This document shows, in pieces, positions 60,620-64,000 of a stretch of 64,000 nt of DNA (its first letter is position 1; each line of letters begins with the position of its first letter). Both the position numbers and the translations under genes were made by a program. Location of the stretch: assembly GCA_977017575.1 (NCBI GenBank), contig CDRNVI010000012.1, positions 496,001-560,000 of the forward strand. Direction: 5' to 3'. This stretch comes from Paramoeba atlantica. Lineage: Eukaryota; Protista; Discosea. The notes under the pieces were generated by a model. It had not been told where the DNA came from and did not search any database. It saw only the letters and a list, made by a program, of their open reading frames with translations.

Positions 60620-62619
60620 CTGTGACCCCCCCCTTTAATATGCACACGTTTTTGGGGTTTGTGCATATTAAGGGGGGGGGGGGTAAGAGGGGGAAGAACC
60701 AGCCCCTCCGGGAAAAAAATTGCGCCGCTTCGCGGCGCCTTTATTTCCTGTGCGTTTTTCGAACTTGATTGATTGATTGATTTTAAGGGCATGTATCCCA
60801 TAGGGACGTACCCTCCCGGAGATAGCCGGGCACTAATTTTTTTATTATTCCAAAATACACTTATTATTCCAATTTTTTTAGTATTCTGCCACCTGAAAGT
60901 TTTCTCAAATTATATTCCATGGATGCCTTTGTGCCTGGCTACATAGAGAATCTTTTGTATCTATCTTTAGAGAATGCACAAGAACGGCGCGGCTACGGCC
61001 TAGGGATCGTAGAAGGCTCAAGCGATGACGATAGTGAAGTGAATTCTGTTTCTTCCGATGAAGAACATGGTAGCGATATAAAAAGTGTTAGCCTCGAAAC
61101 CCCTGATGGGGTTCTACCACTGATGACGGCAGTGATAACGAGGAAGGTTTGGTTGATTGAAAGTACGCCGCGATGTTCCTTTCGTTGTGAAGCATAAAAC
61201 TGTTTTCAAAACAGAAATGGCGAACTATGTCTCAAACGCACCACAAAGCTATGGCAACAGTACAACAATGGATGAGAAAAACCTTTGGTGAATTATACAC
61301 TGTGCATTCTAAATCTCAACTAAAAAAGTGGGATGCAGAAATCAACCGGCAACTTTCCAGTAACCTAGGCGAGGAACGCCTGCTAAAGCTTAAGTTCTTG
61401 ATGGTGGATGGCGCCACTGTCAACCATGTTGCCCGTGTGAATTGCGAAGGTTTCTTAAAATCCATTTACGATCGTATTGACCCGGTGGGAGAAGAGGACC
61501 TAGGAAACATACAGCGCGGAATAAATCAAAAGTACCGTGTGTCACTATTATCTTGTATAGGACACATGTTAAATAATGTCTGCAAAACGGCGTTTCAACC
61601 CTACGAATCGTCTCCAGCCTTTAATTTTAAAAGAAGCTTTCCGAAGGCTTTTTTTTCAGGGGGCAAGGCGAGTGCCACAAAGGGAAAATACAGAGGAATT
61701 GCTTTATCCCACTTGCTGGTACGATTCGATTCCAACGTAATGCGAGCTGAGGCACTTCTAAAGCAGTGCTACCTGGTTCTTGGAACAATTTCTCCGACAG
61801 CATGGAAAACCAATTTGGCGGAAAAGTTGTGCGAAAGCCTTTGTGTGCTCAAGCAAGTGATACTACAGGAAGTTAGTGAAGTGCAGGAGAAACTTTTAAA
61901 CCTTGGGGAAAACGATTTCCAGGAAAAACATCGAATATTTTCAGAGTGTGGTCCAAAATTTTTGAACACCATGACCAGTGCTCGCATGTAGCATGGCGTC
62001 GTTACTCCGAAACTTGGAGGGGTTACTCGCTGGTGCTCCGACAAGTTTACGTCCATGGAATTTCTGGCAAACTATTTGCAAACTATTCAGTTATTCATCG
62101 AAGAAGCGAAAAAAGGGCCACGAGATTCTAATTCCATTAAGCGGTGTCAAAAAATCTTGACTAAATACGGCTCACAATGCATTCAGAAGCAGTGTGAAAT
62201 TTTTTTGAGCGAATGTAGTGAACTACATGCGGCACTCAAGGAATTTAGTGAAAGCGAAGATACTCCTATGGCCACACACATTTGCCAAATGTTGGAGCAT
62301 CTATACGAAATTTCCGAAGGTACAGGAGCACCACAAGGATTACGATCATCCCTTTTGCACCACAAGAAAAGACTAGATAAGAATCATAACATGCGTCTCT
62401 GGAAACAGGTAATATGGTTTCGACCAAGTTGGGTTGTCCTGTTCGGTCGGCCAATACGTCAACATGCTTTGTGATATTGGCGAACTGAAATTTTGTCTGC
62501 GCAACCACCGTGAAAAAAAATTATTTTTTTGGGGGAGGAAAAAAAGTCCCCTTTCACCAAAATTTGTGCATATTAAGGGGGGGAGGGAAGGGGGTGCATA
62601 TTAAAGGGGGGGGTCACAG
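60620..62619. mobile_element. TA-CTGT family TIR element (aatatgcac subfamily), perfect TIRs, carrying a hAT transposase remnant
   Basis: tactgtgacccccccctttaatatgcac (60618..60645) and its exact reverse complement (62594..62621); internal gtgcatattaagggg copies; GC hairpin at 60722. Confidence 0.9.
60919..62474 (+). pseudogene. hAT-superfamily transposase pseudogene (frameshift near 61190, in-frame TAG at 61989, no C-terminal dimerisation domain)
   Basis: LMVDGATVN (catalytic D), SCIGHMLNNVCK (CxxH), and after the TAG in the same frame GVTRWCS (TRWxS). Confidence 0.82.
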
Positions 62620-62625
62620 TATATA

Positions 62626-63140
62626 TAAACCCCCCTCCCACTTAATATTTACACACACTTACTATTTACATGGCTTTTAATCTCTCAAATTTTGAAAAAT
62701 ATCACTGAAGCAAATTACAAAAACGCGATGAAAGCAGTTCCTACGACTCAAGCGGCGCACCCGAATACTCATCGGAAACTCTATCCGATGAAGGCGTACA
62801 ACCTTCATGTGAGCAGCCCAACCGGCCATTTGCAATGAGTCACAGCAGAGACATGAGAAAAGTAAGACTAGGAACGAATGACCCACGGCATCACATAAGG
62901 AAAGGCGTTCCATCATCAGTGAAAAAACGAGTTGTTGAAATGAGATTGAACAGCATGATAAAAGTGTCTCTTCTCACCTTCAATCATGGATCGGTCAGAA
63001 AATTTTATAACACCTGCAGGAGCCCATGTAAATAATAAGTGGAATTTCCCCGTAATATTAACATGGACACTTATTATTCACACACTCTTATTATTTACCA
63101 TTTTTTGCATGTAAATATTAAGTGGGAGGGGGGTTTACAG
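62626..63140. mobile_element. TA-CTGT family element (aatatttac subfamily), abutting the previous one
   Basis: taaacccccctcccacttaatatttaca (62626..62653) and tgtaaatattaagtgggaggggggttta-cag|ta (63110..63142). Confidence 0.8.
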
Positions 63141-63182
63141 TATATATACAGGTATACATATATAGGTATATACAGATGTATA

Positions 63183-63270
63183 CAGGGGGGTGCACGAAAA
63201 TATGGGGGGGTCAAAATTCGTATAACTCGACCAATTTCGGAAAGCAGCACCGCATTCGAGAGCTCTCGCA
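63183..63270 (+). mobile_element. Solo TIR of the TA|CAGGGG mariner-like family
   Basis: ta|caggggggtgcacgaaaat...gcaccgcattcgagagctctcgcagag. Confidence 0.65.
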
Positions 63271-64000
63271 GAGTTACGTGTCATGTGATAATGCGTTTCC
63301 AGCATTTTTAGATTCTTTAAAAAATTAAAAAAAGTATGATTTTTCAAAGTTCAGAATTCTGCTGCTTTTTGAAAAAAATGCTTTTTTTCTGAATTTATCC
63401 ACTTTTTTGATCCTAATACACTACTATGCCCCAGAAAAGGTCGTATTCGAATAATAGAAAGGTGCAGAAACGGAGTAGATTTTGTTATTCGCCTCGTGGG
63501 CAACTTAAAGCATCTCACAGGATACTTTTGGTTAAAAAATTTGAGGAAATTGATTCTTTTTCGGCTGTCGCCAAGACGTTTAGGTGACTTAAAACTTTTA
63601 GGAATCGATTTTGGAAGAGTAATGTTGCAGGGCCCGCGGAAACTTTTTAAAAGCGAAGAAAAGCTTTTTCAGATCGTTGAAAGCGCTTTAAAAGCGCTTT
63701 TCGAGCTTTTTTTAGCTTTCGAACTTTCGAGCACGTGTGTACACCTTTACCCTGAGGATGCACTTATGTAAATGAGCATGTAGTGTGTTCATCCGTGGAA
63801 TGCCGACTGAAAATGTGCGCCAGACTTACACTTGAAACGTTGTCGTAGAAATTTGGCCTAAAGCAGTACTCCCCCACTCATTAATAATTATAAACCTCCA
63901 AAACTTATTAAAAGGTTCGTTTATAGAAATTTAATGAGATCATAATTCTCAGCCTCACTTCTATAATTATAAACCTCAAATTCTTCATTTTTTATCTAGA

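Noticed and set aside
61989-61991. Stop-codon reassignment or programmed read-through (in-frame TAG in the hAT ORF; TGA at 25580)
   Set aside because: All host genes are uninterrupted under the standard code, and these stops occur only in TE relics that also carry frameshifts or truncations.
60610-62629. hAT-type 8-bp target-site duplication around the TIR element
   Set aside because: Flanks taatacag and tatataaa do not match at any boundary I tried; only TA is shared.
62835-63035. Possible transposase N-terminal HTH inside the 62626..63140 element
   Set aside because: Only a vague KKRVVEM pattern; insufficient support.

Overview
Eukaryotic protist chromosome segment, most consistent with a kinetoplastid, probably a Perkinsela-like prokinetoplastid (inference, not a database match). 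About 20 intron-less host genes all lie on the minus strand like one polycistronic unit, several with polypyrimidine tracts before the ATG. Supporting details are a GpsA-type glycerol-3-phosphate dehydrogenase ending in a PTS1-like SQL and two truncated LRR genes resembling the family I recall as expanded in Perkinsela. Recognisable host genes: a RING-H2+PHD protein missed by the ORF track, a DnaJ protein, an aprataxin-like protein, proteasome beta-1, an LRR-CCCH tail-anchored protein, RPS11, a PPR-like protein, MCM3, a coiled-coil/GGQ release-factor protein, ADAT1, ear-less AP-2 alpha adaptin, CDP-DAG synthase, a ClC transporter and G3PDH. Intergenic DNA is packed with mobile elements: an intact Tc1/mariner element with 150-bp TIRs and DD32E spacing; Tc1, Merlin and hAT pseudogenes; several MITE families; satellites; and a CRE/SLACS-like restriction-like-endonuclease (RLE) retroelement. 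The retroelement is the most striking item. Its 1141-aa ORF is open and keeps the CCHC/PD-D-K endonuclease, lacks the RT catalytic core, and carries a 2A-like StopGo motif (GCIEANPGP). An SL-exon-like sequence lies just upstream and a 23-codon sibling relic lies just downstream. All family assignments come from motif recognition by eye; no searches were run.
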